DNA from: Hadesarchaea archaeon
GTDB taxonomy: Archaea; Hadarchaeota; Hadarchaeia; Hadarchaeales; Hadarchaeaceae
Assembly: GCA_030672285.1 (NCBI GenBank)
Contig: DAOVGS010000046.1
Coordinates: 1-46,939, forward strand
DNA length: 46,939 bases
Reading direction: 5' to 3'
Positions 10,213-19,891 of the stretch are shown one piece after another. The position numbers were made by a program, and so were the translations under genes. Every line of letters starts with the position of its first letter. Position 1 is the first letter of the stretch. Below the pieces are notes generated by a model. It saw only the letters and a program-made list of their open reading frames with translations. It was not told the origin of the DNA and did no database searches.

Positions 10213-10763
10213 GCCTTGGCCTCCTTGCGGGCTTCCTCGATCCACTCCAGCTTTCCCAGCCCAACCTGACGCATCGTCAGGCCTATCTTCCCGCCTCGCG
10301 CACCTCGGCGAATGCTCACCGTGACCACGCGTACACGAACCCTGTCCCCTTCCTTCAGCGCTCGCTTCGACTCCTTTCCGTAGAGCGCCCCCTTCTTCTT
10401 GTCGTACCCCACGAAATCGTCCATCACCTGAGAGACGTGCACCAAACCATCGATGGGGCCCAGACGCACAAACCCGCCAAACTCGACGATCTCGACCACC
10501 TCACCCAGCACCACCTCGTTGACCTCGGGTTTGTAGACGAGCGCATCAAAGGTGACATCGTGGTAGCTTGCCCCGTCGCCCATGATTATCCTGCCCGTGC
10601 TAATCTCCTTGAGCTCGGTGATCGCCAAGATTGTGCCCACATCCTTGTCGGTCAGCCCCTCGTAGTCCTTGTGCAGGATGTCGACGATCACCTCCTCGAC
10701 GGGCTCGTCAAACCGGTTGGGGGGCACCCGCACGGTATCGCGCACGGTTATTATCTTGTACAT
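10209..10763 (-). CDS. rpoE1: RNA polymerase subunit E' (Rpo7)
   Basis: MYK...VRVPP, GDGA.YH, S1 domain GPIDGLVHVSQ, KIGLTMRQ.GLGK.EW. Confidence 0.97.
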   Translation of the reverse strand: MYKIITVRDTVRVPPNRFDEPVEEVIVDILHKDYEGLTDKDVGTILAITELKEISTGRIIMGDGASYHDVTFDALVYKPEVNEVVLGEVVEIVEFGGFVRLGPIDGLVHVSQVMDDFVGYDKKKGALYGKESKRALKEGDRVRVRVVTVSIRRGARGGKIGLTMRQVGLGKLEWIEEARKEAKA

Positions 10764-10888
10764 TCACTCCACTCCAAATTTTTTCTCATATGGCTTCATG
10801 GCGCGCCTGATCACTTCACGCGCCTCTCAAGCACCTTTGTTTCCTTTCCCTCCAGCTCTTTATAAACGTCCTTCCAGAGGTTAACCAT
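10764..10888 (-). pseudogene. ppa: Internally deleted relic of family I soluble inorganic pyrophosphatase
   Basis: Minus strand: ATG 10888 gives MVNLWKD joined to VYKELEGKETKVL, then after a frameshift EAREVIRRAMKPYEKKFGVE*, ending just before the rpoE1 ATG. These resemble the N- and C-termini of archaeal Ppa, at the usual ppa position. Confidence 0.8.
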
Positions 10889-10899
10889 TGTCCTCACAA

Positions 10900-12909
10900 T
10901 TAGATGAATAGTGGGACGAAGAGTAGCGCCGCCATCGACATTAGCTTAATCAAAATGTTCAGCGATGGTCCAGAAGTGTCCTTGAACGGATCCCCTACGG
11001 TATCGCCTATTACTGATGCGGCATGGGTTTCGCTGCCTTTACCGCCCAGACGTCCCTCCTCAATGTACTTCTTGGCGTTATCCCACGCACCACCAGCATT
11101 TGCCAAGGTAATTGCGAGCAAGAGGCCTGTAACTATCGCCCCAGCAAGCATTCCTCCCAACGCTTCGGGCCCGAGAAAAGGAATCAAGCCGACGGCAATG
11201 GGTGTTACAATAGCAAGCGCTGCCGGAGGCGCCATGTTCCTCAAAGCCGCCGAAGTGCTGATGCTGATGCATTTATCGTAATCGGGCTTCGCCTTTCTTT
11301 CCATAATTCCAGGGATTGTTCTAAACTGCCTACGGACCTCACTAACCACTAAGGATGCACCTCTGCCGACAGCCCTCATGGTGAGCGCGCAGAACAAGAA
11401 GGTTAACATCCCCCCAATGAATAACCCAGCGATGACCGGAGGGTTCGTGATGCTGAGTTTCTCCGGAGTAATGCCGACCCTTTGAATATATGCTGCAAAT
11501 AGCGCGAGAGCCGTTAGCGCTGCCGAACCAATCGCGAAACCCTTGCCGATCGCAGCAGTCGTGTTTCCAACGGCATCCAGTCGCTCGGCCCGCTTACGTA
11601 CGGTTTGCCCCATTCCCGACATCTCGGCAATTCCCGCGGCGTTATCGGCCACGGGACCATAGGTGTCAGCGGCGAGCGTCATACCTAACGTGCTAAGCAT
11701 GCCAACAGCGGCGATCGCTATGCCATATAGACCGACAAAATGGTGAGCTAACAAGATTGCCGCACCTATCGCGATGATCGGAACTAACGTACTTATCATC
11801 CCCACCGAAAATCCACTTATGATATTTGTCGCGGGGCCAGTCTGGGAGGAGTATGCAATCGACTGCACGGGCGAAAATCTATTCTCGGTGTAGTACTCCG
11901 CTGAAAGCCCTATAACAATTCCCGCGATCAATCCCGCTAACATCGCGTAAAAAATCTCTAGGTAACCCACGGTGTACCAGATCAAGAAAAAGGAAGCGAT
12001 TGCCATCAGAATCGCGCTTCCGAACACCCCCTTGTTAAGAGCCGCATGAAGAGTTTTTATTCCGGCACCCTTTCCCACCCGCACGAAGAAGGTTGCTACA
12101 ATCGAGCAAAAGATTCCGGTCGCGGCGAGCAGCATCGGGAGCACCACGACATCGGTCTGACCGAGAGCGACGCCCCCTATAGTAACCCCAGTGAAACCTA
12201 TCACCATCGCGGCAATAATTGAGCCCACGTACGACTCGAAAAGGTCGGCCCCCATCCCCGCTACATCCCCGACGTTGTCACCCACGTTGTCGGCAATCAC
12301 GGCTGGATTTCGTGGGTCATCCTCGGGGATTCGGGCCTCGATTTTTCCGACCAAGTCCGCGCCCATATCCGCTGACTTCGTGTAGATGCCCCCACCCACG
12401 CGCGCGAACAGCGCTATCGAGCTCGCCCCGAAGCCGAAGCCCACGATTATCTGGGGATCCCCGAACAAGTAGTAGAAAATGCTCACGCCCAAGATCCCAA
12501 GACCCACGACGCACATCCCCATGACTGCGCCGCTCGAGAACCCGACCATGAGCCCTCTGCCTATGCTTCGCTTCGCCGCGGCCGCCGTTCGAGCGTTCGA
12601 CTTGGTTGCCACGCGCACCCCGACGTTGCCCGCTAACGCCGAGAAAAACGCCCCGACCGTGAATGCCGTGGCGGTCTGGTAGTTCACAACCAGCGCCAGG
12701 ATTATCGCCACGATGACCGCGTAAACGACCATCACCAGGTATTCCTTGTTCAGAAAAATCATCGCTCCTCGGTAGATGGTGCCTGAGAGCTCCCTCATTT
12801 GCGGCGTTCCGGGAGACTGTCGTAGAATCTTGAAAGTTAAGTAGCCCGCGAACGCGAGGGCCAAAGCACCCGCTATCGGCGCCAGCATCACGGGTTCAAA
12901 TTCGACCAT
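10900..12909 (-). CDS. hppA: Membrane-integral ion-pumping pyrophosphatase, K+-dependent type (likely Na+-PPase)
   Basis: GGGIYTK.ADMGADLVGK.E..IPEDDPRNP, DNVGDNVGD, GNTTAA (Ala at the K+-dependence site), GDTVGDPFKD. Confidence 0.97.
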   Translation of the reverse strand: MVEFEPVMLAPIAGALALAFAGYLTFKILRQSPGTPQMRELSGTIYRGAMIFLNKEYLVMVVYAVIVAIILALVVNYQTATAFTVGAFFSALAGNVGVRVATKSNARTAAAAKRSIGRGLMVGFSSGAVMGMCVVGLGILGVSIFYYLFGDPQIIVGFGFGASSIALFARVGGGIYTKSADMGADLVGKIEARIPEDDPRNPAVIADNVGDNVGDVAGMGADLFESYVGSIIAAMVIGFTGVTIGGVALGQTDVVVLPMLLAATGIFCSIVATFFVRVGKGAGIKTLHAALNKGVFGSAILMAIASFFLIWYTVGYLEIFYAMLAGLIAGIVIGLSAEYYTENRFSPVQSIAYSSQTGPATNIISGFSVGMISTLVPIIAIGAAILLAHHFVGLYGIAIAAVGMLSTLGMTLAADTYGPVADNAAGIAEMSGMGQTVRKRAERLDAVGNTTAAIGKGFAIGSAALTALALFAAYIQRVGITPEKLSITNPPVIAGLFIGGMLTFLFCALTMRAVGRGASLVVSEVRRQFRTIPGIMERKAKPDYDKCISISTSAALRNMAPPAALAIVTPIAVGLIPFLGPEALGGMLAGAIVTGLLLAITLANAGGAWDNAKKYIEEGRLGGKGSETHAASVIGDTVGDPFKDTSGPSLNILIKLMSMAALLFVPLFI

Positions 12910-12936
12910 CTCACGACCCCTTGAGAAACTTCACTT

Positions 12937-13317
12937 CTAAACCCAACCGTCTATTGCAAGATGAGACTTTTGTCGTAAATAGATTACCGGCACTCCGCGG
13001 CGCCGAAGCTCCATCCGCAGGGCGGCATCGGTCGTTCCCACCGTGTAGCGCCCCTTGAGCGCAAGCCCTAGGATCGCATCATCCGCTGCACCTTTGACCT
13101 CGATGACCTTCCCACGCTTAGCTATGATCAATCCGATTTTGGCTGCCGTTCGCTCCTTGGGCTTGCCCTGCTCTGAGATTAGTTTGAGCTCTTGGAGGAC
13201 CGGACTTGGAATAGCGAGTTCATGGGGTCGTTCGAGCAACCTGTCGAGTTCCCCCACAATATCAACGCCGAATAAACCGGGGACCATCAAGAAGCTCGTG
13301 TCCGCGATGACCCGCAA
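12937..13317 (-). CDS. PIN-domain protein (Fcf1/Utp24-like)
   Basis: VIADTSFL, V.QEL, ADDAI, T.D..L, VPVIYLRQ; conserved position after aIF2gamma. Confidence 0.9.
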   Translation of the reverse strand: MRVIADTSFLMVPGLFGVDIVGELDRLLERPHELAIPSPVLQELKLISEQGKPKERTAAKIGLIIAKRGKVIEVKGAADDAILGLALKGRYTVGTTDAALRMELRRRGVPVIYLRQKSHLAIDGWV

Positions 13318-13329
13318 CCAAATTCCTCG

Positions 13330-14544
13330 TCAACTTATGACGCCGTAACCGATCAGGCGCCACCTTCCAGCGACGCGTCGACTCAGCGCTGCTCGGGCCC
13401 CCTGTTCGGCGCAGACCGGCAACTTGAGTTTGATGGTGGCCCGGTCCCCTCGAGCGCTCGCTATCGCGCCCACGGTCATCGCCGTCCCCACGTTGAGCAT
13501 CAGGGGTTCCCGCGTGACCAGAGGCTTCACCTCAAGCTCCTTGGGAAGCCCGACGACGCGCTTCATCAGGTGGACTTCTAGCTCGAGCGTCTCCAGCACC
13601 TCGGGCAGGCTCCCGGGCGCCCCCGCCACCGAGCCCACGAGCGAATCGCCTTTGGTCAGCGAGGGGTCGAGCCCGGTTCCCACGCCGATGAGGCCACCTG
13701 GAACAGCCTCCTCGACCCGGCTCCCCCCCGCGTGCAGACTCGTGATCTTTGAGTCCAAGTGTTGCCACGTGGTTCGCCCCTCCCGGCTCACTCGTATGCC
13801 GGGACGTATCTCTATCCCCTCGTCCTCGCGAAGCTTTCCCCAAAGGAGTGAGCCACCCAAAATCCCCCCCACCAATTTTTCTGGCTTGATACCGGGGCGA
13901 TTGACATCGAACGAGCGGGCGACGTGCATCCGCGCCGGCTTCGAGAGGTCTCGCTTCGGCGTCGGGATGTGCTCCTCGATCGCTTGAATCAGCCTGTCGA
14001 CGTTCGCGCGGTGAATCGCAGAAATTGGGATCACCGGGGCATCCGCGGCAGAGGTGCCCGAGAGGAACTCCCTGATCTGCTCGTAGTTCTGCATCACCTT
14101 CTCGCGCGAGACGAGTTCGATTTTATTCTGCGCCACGACGACGTTGCGCACCCCGATGATGTCGAGGGCCATCAGGTGCTCCTTCGTTTGGGGTTGGGGG
14201 CAGAGCTCGTTCGCCGCTATCACGAGCACGGCTCCGTCCATAATTGCGGCTCCAGAGATCATCGTGGCCATTAGCATCTCGTGCCCCGGGGCGTCGACGA
14301 ATGAGACACGGCGCAGGGACTCCGTCGCGGCCCCGCAGTAGGGACACTTCTCCTTCGCGCTGTATCTCCCACACTCGGGGCAACGCGCGAATGAAGTATC
14401 TGCGTAGCCGAGACGGATCGAGATCCCTCGGCGAATCTCCTCGCTGTGCACGTCGGTCCAGACGCCCGAGATGGCCTCGACGAGCGTCGTCTTTCCGTGG
14501 TCGACGTGACCGATTATACCTATGTTGACTACCGCTTGGGGCAT
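13330..14544 (-). CDS. eif2g: Translation initiation factor 2 gamma subunit
   Basis: [17 protein letters not shown], Zn knuckle, [22 protein letters not shown] 14544 preferred as start. Confidence 0.98.
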   Translation of the reverse strand: MPQAVVNIGIIGHVDHGKTTLVEAISGVWTDVHSEEIRRGISIRLGYADTSFARCPECGRYSAKEKCPYCGAATESLRRVSFVDAPGHEMLMATMISGAAIMDGAVLVIAANELCPQPQTKEHLMALDIIGVRNVVVAQNKIELVSREKVMQNYEQIREFLSGTSAADAPVIPISAIHRANVDRLIQAIEEHIPTPKRDLSKPARMHVARSFDVNRPGIKPEKLVGGILGGSLLWGKLREDEGIEIRPGIRVSREGRTTWQHLDSKITSLHAGGSRVEEAVPGGLIGVGTGLDPSLTKGDSLVGSVAGAPGSLPEVLETLELEVHLMKRVVGLPKELEVKPLVTREPLMLNVGTAMTVGAIASARGDRATIKLKLPVCAEQGARAALSRRVAGRWRLIGYGVIS

Positions 14545-14666
14545 CGAAACACCTTCGCTCAAATTTTCAGTTCAAACGATATAAAACGCGCAGGCTTTAG
14601 TCAGAGATGCAAACGTATAAAACCTCTCCCGGCTCCAAGTATCGTACACCGCAATCCTTTTATGGA

Positions 14667-14705
14667 TGGGGGTAAATACCACCAATTGGGGGTAAACACC
14701 ACCAA
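14667..14705 (+). promoter_or_regulatory. Tandem imperfect palindromes, probable autoregulatory operator of the HTH-MNT gene
   Basis: TGGGGGTAAATACCACCAA and TGGGGGTAAACACCACCAA (period 20), between a TTTTAT box and ATG 14715. Confidence 0.6.
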
Positions 14706-14714
14706 GGGGAGAAG

Positions 14715-15308
14715 ATGCGATTTGGTAACTATTTAGACGAGCTTCTGGCTAAACGCTCATACGTTAAGCTTCTCCGCTCACTTGTGTTGAGTTCTCCAGC
14801 CAAGGAGTGGTCGGGAAGGGAACTCGCGCGAGCAGCAGGAGTGGATCATACCTTTGCTAATGAGATTCTGCCGGTGTTTGTTGGTTATGGAGTAGCAAGC
14901 ATGCGTCGCCTCGGCAATGCAAACATATATCAGGTCAACGCCGCCCACTTCATCGTCAAGCAACTCCGTGTATTTTTCGATGTAGAGCAACGAGCGATAG
15001 AACAACTCAAAGCCGAACTCGCCAAAGCGTGCACTTCGAACAAAAAAATCCTCTCCGCAACGATGTATGGCAGCATCGCGCGCGGGAGGGGAGGGGTAGG
15101 TTCAGATATCGATCTACTACTCATCGTCAGCGAAAAAGTTGACTTGGCGGGGCAATTCAGCAGCGTTGAGACTAGGTTTGGAAATACAGTTTCGCCCCAC
15201 ATCTGGACCCTCGAGCAGCTATGGAGGAAGAAAAAGCTACCGCTCGTGCGCAATATTTTAAAAGAGGGTAAGCACATCTACGGCAAGAAATTGGAGGATT
15301 TGCTGTGA
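14715..15308 (+). CDS. HTH plus minimal nucleotidyltransferase (MNT) antitoxin-like protein
   Basis: N-terminal HTH (SGRELARAAGV) and YGSIARG....SDIDLL motif. Confidence 0.88.
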   Translation: MRFGNYLDELLAKRSYVKLLRSLVLSSPAKEWSGRELARAAGVDHTFANEILPVFVGYGVASMRRLGNANIYQVNAAHFIVKQLRVFFDVEQRAIEQLKAELAKACTSNKKILSATMYGSIARGRGGVGSDIDLLLIVSEKVDLAGQFSSVETRFGNTVSPHIWTLEQLWRKKKLPLVRNILKEGKHIYGKKLEDLL

Positions 15309-15724
15309 GGGTGCCCGAGGAGTTACGGAGGGAGCGGGTCGACAAAACTAAATTTGGAGTTTACCTCAAGAAGGCCGGGGAGTTTCTAACAGCTGCTGGG
15401 GCTGAGTTCAAGCATGGCAGGTACAACAGTGCTGCGAGTTCAGCCGCTCATGCTGCGATAAATGCACTCGACGCTATGACTGTTTATCTCTCCGGCTACC
15501 GGCACGCAGGCCGACGACATGAGGACGCTTGGAAGTTGTTAAAATATGCTGAGGGGTTGCCAGACAAAGCCGCCGCCGAGGGTAAATTTAAGGCGGCTGT
15601 TCGCGTCAAGCCGGTCGCAGAGTATGAGGGGAGATTAGCCGGGAAGGGGGAGACCCTGCGGGCGCTGAAGGCTGCAGATTGGCTCCTTTTGTGGGTTAAT
15701 AGCAACCTTGGGGGCAAGAGTTGA
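15305..15724 (+). CDS. HEPN-domain protein (cognate toxin-like partner)
   Basis: YLKKAGEFL..A, A.HAAINA.DA, RHAGRRH, AEYE; overlaps the MNT stop. Confidence 0.85.
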   Translation: MRVPEELRRERVDKTKFGVYLKKAGEFLTAAGAEFKHGRYNSAASSAAHAAINALDAMTVYLSGYRHAGRRHEDAWKLLKYAEGLPDKAAAEGKFKAAVRVKPVAEYEGRLAGKGETLRALKAADWLLLWVNSNLGGKS

Positions 15725-15733
15725 ATCGATAGT

Positions 15734-16138
15734 TTAAGCCGCCTTCGCCTCGGCTTCCTTTGGGGCCAAGAGCTCATCGAGCGGATTCTCCCCTCGCTTC
15801 ACGATCTTCGCGTTGACCTGCACGATCGCATCTGAGATCCTCGAACCCCGGACCCTCTTTCGCCGACGCTCCCCTCGCCTCCGAGGTGAAAAACCCGGAC
15901 CGCTAGCCAGCAGGACGCTCGTTCGGCCGGGACCGTAGATGTCCGGGCGCATGGGAAATCCATCCTTGTCGGTGCCGCCCGTGAGCTGGAGCTCGTACCC
16001 TGAGAGCCCCACGACTGCCCCGTCGAACTTGTCCCCTATCCGGAGCCCGACAAGCCTCCGCGCATCCGGCTCGCGAGCCTCTAGGGGATGGCTCTTGCCC
16101 GTCTCGGGATCAGCGACCACTACTTTGAACACCATCAC
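15734..16138 (-). CDS. rps6e: 30S ribosomal protein S6e
   Basis: FKVVVADP.TG, LTGGTDKDGFPMRPD, GERRRKRVRG, I.QVN.KI. Confidence 0.97.
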   Translation of the reverse strand: MMVFKVVVADPETGKSHPLEAREPDARRLVGLRIGDKFDGAVVGLSGYELQLTGGTDKDGFPMRPDIYGPGRTSVLLASGPGFSPRRRGERRRKRVRGSRISDAIVQVNAKIVKRGENPLDELLAPKEAEAKAA

Positions 16139-16209
16139 ATCACCCCGTGATCAGAAAACAGGCTAATTATCCTCCACCATCTCATAAAGCTTTTTTCTCG
16201 CGTCGTGAA

Positions 16210-16935
16210 TCAAGGAGGGCGTTTTTTGCCCCGTCTTTTCCCTGGAATCCGAAGCAAATCCAACCAGGTCTCTTGTACCTCTGCCATCAAACGTTTCTTC
16301 CGTCTTTTGCCCCGTCTTTTGCCCCGTCTTTTCTCCGCAATCTGAAGCAAATCTAGCCAGGTCTCTTGTACCTCTGTCATGATCCGCTCGGCATGGATAT
16401 CGCGGGTCAAATCAAATCCCAAAAAAGTAGGCGTCCCCATCGCCCACTTTGCCAATCCTTTATATCCAATTCCTTCCCAGGGAGGATACCCCAACTCATC
16501 CACAAACTTCTTGGCAAACCTCGCACACGCTTCCGGCTTTCCCTCGAGGTAGAGGCCCATTATGTAATTGGAGGGTTTGTTAGAAAGTCCTCTATATTTA
16601 TCAAGAAAAAGTAAAATGCTCAATTGACGGGTTGTTATCAACAAGCCTCCACTTTCACCGCCAGTTCTCAGCCATGCCGTTTTTATCAATTTACCGAATA
16701 ACTCACTCAATCCAACAATGCTCATATTCGCACTTTTGTCAAGTTCCAATGCGACTTTCCAAGTGACATCTCCGATATTGGTGAATGGCCAAGATTTTTC
16801 TTCTTCCTCTTTGGGTAGCTGTATTTTTGCGTGCAGATAAGGTTCAAAATTTAGCGGTTGGGCCATAAGAATGGTCGTAAAAAGCTTACCCCTTCCTTTA
16901 GCCATTTTTGACAATGTTTTAGACAATTCGCTCAT
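16210..16935 (-). CDS. Hypothetical protein with duplicated basic C-terminus
   Basis: 241-aa AT-rich ORF starting 3 nt after the kinase stop; no family recognised. Confidence 0.65.
   Translation of the reverse strand: MSELSKTLSKMAKGRGKLFTTILMAQPLNFEPYLHAKIQLPKEEEEKSWPFTNIGDVTWKVALELDKSANMSIVGLSELFGKLIKTAWLRTGGESGGLLITTRQLSILLFLDKYRGLSNKPSNYIMGLYLEGKPEACARFAKKFVDELGYPPWEGIGYKGLAKWAMGTPTFLGFDLTRDIHAERIMTEVQETWLDLLQIAEKRRGKRRGKRRKKRLMAEVQETWLDLLRIPGKRRGKKRPP
16225..16381. repeat. In-frame tandem duplication (period 93 bp) plus 12-bp GCCCCGTCTTTT units
   Basis: Encodes MTEVQETWLDLLQIAEKRRGK and MAEVQETWLDLLRIPGKRRGK. Confidence 0.85.
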
Positions 16936-16938
16936 ACG

Positions 16939-18309
16939 TCATCCCTTTACCGGCAGCGTGAAGGAAAACGTCGAACCCTTCCCCAATTCACTCTCACACC
17001 ATATCTCTCCACCGTGGGCCCCCACCAGCTGCTTACATATGCTCAGCCCAAGCCCAGTCCCTGGCTTGGTGTGATTCGCCTGAAAGAACTTCGTGAAAAG
17101 CTTCGGGAGGTCTTTTTTGGCTATGCCCGCCCCCGTGTCCCTCACTTGGACGAGGATTTGGTTTCCCCTCTGCTCGGCTTCTACCGTCACCTTACCTCCC
17201 TCTGGGGTGAATTTGATGGCATTCTCGATTAGATTCGTGAGGACGGTGGCAATGTGTTTTCCATCAGCCTCAACCGGGGGCAACTTATTCATCCGTTGGG
17301 TGAAGGTAATCTTCTTTAGCGTGGCCAATGGTTTCATATGCTCGACCACATCCTGAATGAGTGGCGCCAGTTGCATCTTTTCCTTAAATAATTCCATCCG
17401 CCCAGATTCAAGCTTCAATATCTCTAGGATCTTTTCGACCGACCCCCTGAGGCGCTCCACCCCCCGGGAGATGATTCCTAGGGCTTTTTCCTGTTTTTTT
17501 GTGAGTTCCCCGAGCTCTTTGCTCGACATCTGCTGAAAGAGGGAGGTCACGGCGGTCAGCGGGGTCTTCAGCTCGTGGGCGGACATGGAGATGAACTCGT
17601 CTTTCATCCGATCCAGTGCCTTGAGGTCCTCGTAGGCGCGCTCGAGCTCCTTGCGCGCCCGGTCCATGTCCTTCAACAAGTAGGTCATCGCCGAGCGGGA
17701 GGCCTCGAGCTTTCGCGCTCGCTCCTCGAGGACTTTTTTTGCTTTTTCTGCTTTCTCCTCCGCCCGCTTGCGCTCGGTGATTTCTGCCTGTAATGCTTCG
17801 TTGGCTTTTGTCAACTCTGCGGTCCTTTCCTGGACCCGTGTTTCCAACTCGTCGTGCGCTTTGCGTAGCGCCTCCTCCGTCCGCTTGCGCTCGGTGATGT
17901 CTCTAAATATCCCCCGGGTCTCAACAAATTTACCGTCTTTAAACTGAGCGCTGGCAGTGCCCTCCACAGGGATTTCTTTCCCATTTTTAGATACAAATAC
18001 AGTTTCCACTCGCTCTGCGGTTTCACCGCCGCAAACTCTTTTAAAAACTTCCATGCAATGCGGTATTTGGTCTTTGCGCAAAATGTCCCACAGGGTTAAT
18101 TTTTTCACTTCTTCTTTCGTGTACTCCAGCGTTTTCAACCATTTTCGATTTACATAAACAAATTTACCTTCCTTGTCCACGCGTTGCATTAAATCGCTGG
18201 CGTTTTCAAAAAAATCTCGGAATCTCTCCTCGCTCTCCCGCAGCTCCCCCTCCGCCCGCTTGCGCTCGGTGATGTCCCTGAGCGTGGCGGTTTTTTTCTC
18301 CTTCGCCAT
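16939..18309 (-). CDS. Cytoplasmic PAS sensor histidine kinase
   Basis: PAS/PAC, H-box [10 protein letters not shown]-box [29 protein letters not shown] 18309 behind GGGAGAG. Confidence 0.93.
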   Translation of the reverse strand: MAKEKKTATLRDITERKRAEGELRESEERFRDFFENASDLMQRVDKEGKFVYVNRKWLKTLEYTKEEVKKLTLWDILRKDQIPHCMEVFKRVCGGETAERVETVFVSKNGKEIPVEGTASAQFKDGKFVETRGIFRDITERKRTEEALRKAHDELETRVQERTAELTKANEALQAEITERKRAEEKAEKAKKVLEERARKLEASRSAMTYLLKDMDRARKELERAYEDLKALDRMKDEFISMSAHELKTPLTAVTSLFQQMSSKELGELTKKQEKALGIISRGVERLRGSVEKILEILKLESGRMELFKEKMQLAPLIQDVVEHMKPLATLKKITFTQRMNKLPPVEADGKHIATVLTNLIENAIKFTPEGGKVTVEAEQRGNQILVQVRDTGAGIAKKDLPKLFTKFFQANHTKPGTGLGLSICKQLVGAHGGEIWCESELGKGSTFSFTLPVKG

Positions 18310-18790
18310 CCACTCTCCCCCACATTCTCTTTTTCCGATATCTCTTTTCCTTTTCGGTGCAAAGCCCAGTATCACCCTAATTTTTGTGATCTCTCCTCAC
18401 GAGCCCTGGTCATTTTCACCTTCTTGATAGCCGTCAGGATCACCCCGCGGCCTTCTCGGTCATGAGCCTCGTGAAATTCTCCTTTGAGATCTCGAATTGA
18501 AATCCGGCCTCTCGACCCCCTAGAGAACCTGAGCTCCTCCGGTTAATGAATGTCGTGAAGGGAGTGTCCTCACAGTCCTTCAGGACCATGACATCGTCGT
18601 GGCCGTGTCGCGGGTCTTTTCCCACAGACTGCTCGGTTAATTCAATAATGTCCAAGGGCCAGCACCATATTGCCCTCCGCGTCCCCCTCGAGGAGCGTGA
18701 GGGATAAGGTGCCCACAGCCGCCCTGTGTATGTATTGCCGCTAATGTTTTGGGCATAAGTTAAAATCATAAATATAGCATTAACCTATTT

Positions 18791-18836
18791 TTTCTCCCCG
18801 AGCTTGGCCTTCAGCCGCTCGAGCTCGGCCTCCATC
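18791..18836. repeat. 46-bp direct repeat, orphan copy of the REC-PAS gene 3' end
   Basis: 43/46 identical to 19895..19940; the minus strand reads MEAELERLKAKLGEKK*. Confidence 0.9.
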
Positions 18837-18854
18837 TAAATTGAAAGCCCAGTC

Positions 18855-19463
18855 CTATCTATATAGACTACTCATCTCCCAGATGTAACGTTTTTTTGGG
18901 GCGATGCCAAACTCCTCAAACAACGCATCAATCTGACGCTCTGCATTCGCCGGAATCATGATTGCCCCATTGCCGAGCTTTTCCCCATGAACTCGCTCGA
19001 GAAGCCCCACATAACGATATTTCTTTTTAACCGTGTGGGTGAAAAGGGCCGCATTGAATTTCAATTTTTGTGAATGGGGGAGTGAGCCGAGCCCATACGC
19101 ATAAATGATAGCTTGTTTTTCCCGCGCGATTGCCGCCGGTAGGAGCTCGGTGCCTGGCCGTTTGTAAAGCACGTACCCCTCGCGGAACACATTGTAAAAG
19201 AAACTCAGGTCTTCAGAAACCTCGTCCCTGCCCCTTTTCGAAAATACCAGCGGCAACTCACGAAATTCATCGAGTACATCTAGCAGTTTTTTTCCGACCT
19301 TTTTGATGTCGCTTTTCTTATCAAAGATGAGCAGCAGATCGATGTCCGAACGCTTGTCGGCCTCCCCCCTCGCATATGAACCGAAGAGGATGACTGCCTG
19401 CAAAGATGGGAGCCGCGCCAAACGATGCACGAGTTCATTCGGTAAGTCGAGATTCAACCTCAT
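18855..19463 (-). CDS. MNT nucleotidyltransferase with an extra C-terminal domain
   Basis: AVILFGSYARGEA...SDIDLL, then ~85 further residues after ..EGYVLY. Confidence 0.88.
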   Translation of the reverse strand: MRLNLDLPNELVHRLARLPSLQAVILFGSYARGEADKRSDIDLLLIFDKKSDIKKVGKKLLDVLDEFRELPLVFSKRGRDEVSEDLSFFYNVFREGYVLYKRPGTELLPAAIAREKQAIIYAYGLGSLPHSQKLKFNAALFTHTVKKKYRYVGLLERVHGEKLGNGAIMIPANAERQIDALFEEFGIAPKKRYIWEMSSLYR

Positions 19464-19755
19464 CGATAATCCTCCCCATTAACTCGATCGCCCGACTTGT
19501 CCTCTCACCATCTTCACGTCGATAGGAGCCACTATAGAGATCAAGGAGTTCGGTAAATCCCCTCCCAACCTCATCGCTAATCGTATATGCGATACGCTTT
19601 GCGTCCGCGTGACTGTCGATTCTACGGTTGAGTTTGCTTGCATAGGCTTTTAACGCAAACTCGGCTGCCTTGAAAGCATTCTGGATAACCACGGCTGGAC
19701 TCTCCATTGTCCTTGCCGCTTTCGCGAACTCCTCCGCATCTCGTAGGTATTCCAC
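19435..19755 (-). CDS. HEPN-domain protein
   Basis: YLRDAEEF..AA, AFKAAEFALKA, RRIDSH; overlaps the MNT start. Confidence 0.8.
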   Translation of the reverse strand: MEYLRDAEEFAKAARTMESPAVVIQNAFKAAEFALKAYASKLNRRIDSHADAKRIAYTISDEVGRGFTELLDLYSGSYRREDGERTSRAIELMGRIIDEVESRLTE

Positions 19756-19891
19756 GCCCTTCCCATACGATATTAAAAAGAAGTCATAATATTTAAGCTT
19801 TTTATACAGTATGAAACTTGTTTAATACGTTGCGAAAAGGCGGCAAATTCTGTCCACTTTTCAATATTGTATTAAAATATTGTTACCTGTT

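Noticed and set aside
14667..14705. Mini-CRISPR
   Set aside because: Only two adjacent 19-20 bp units with no spacer; the position fits an operator
18440..18769. 109-aa ORF between the PAS kinase and the TA cassette
   Set aside because: No recognisable family; looks like frameshifted gene debris, so not called as a CDS
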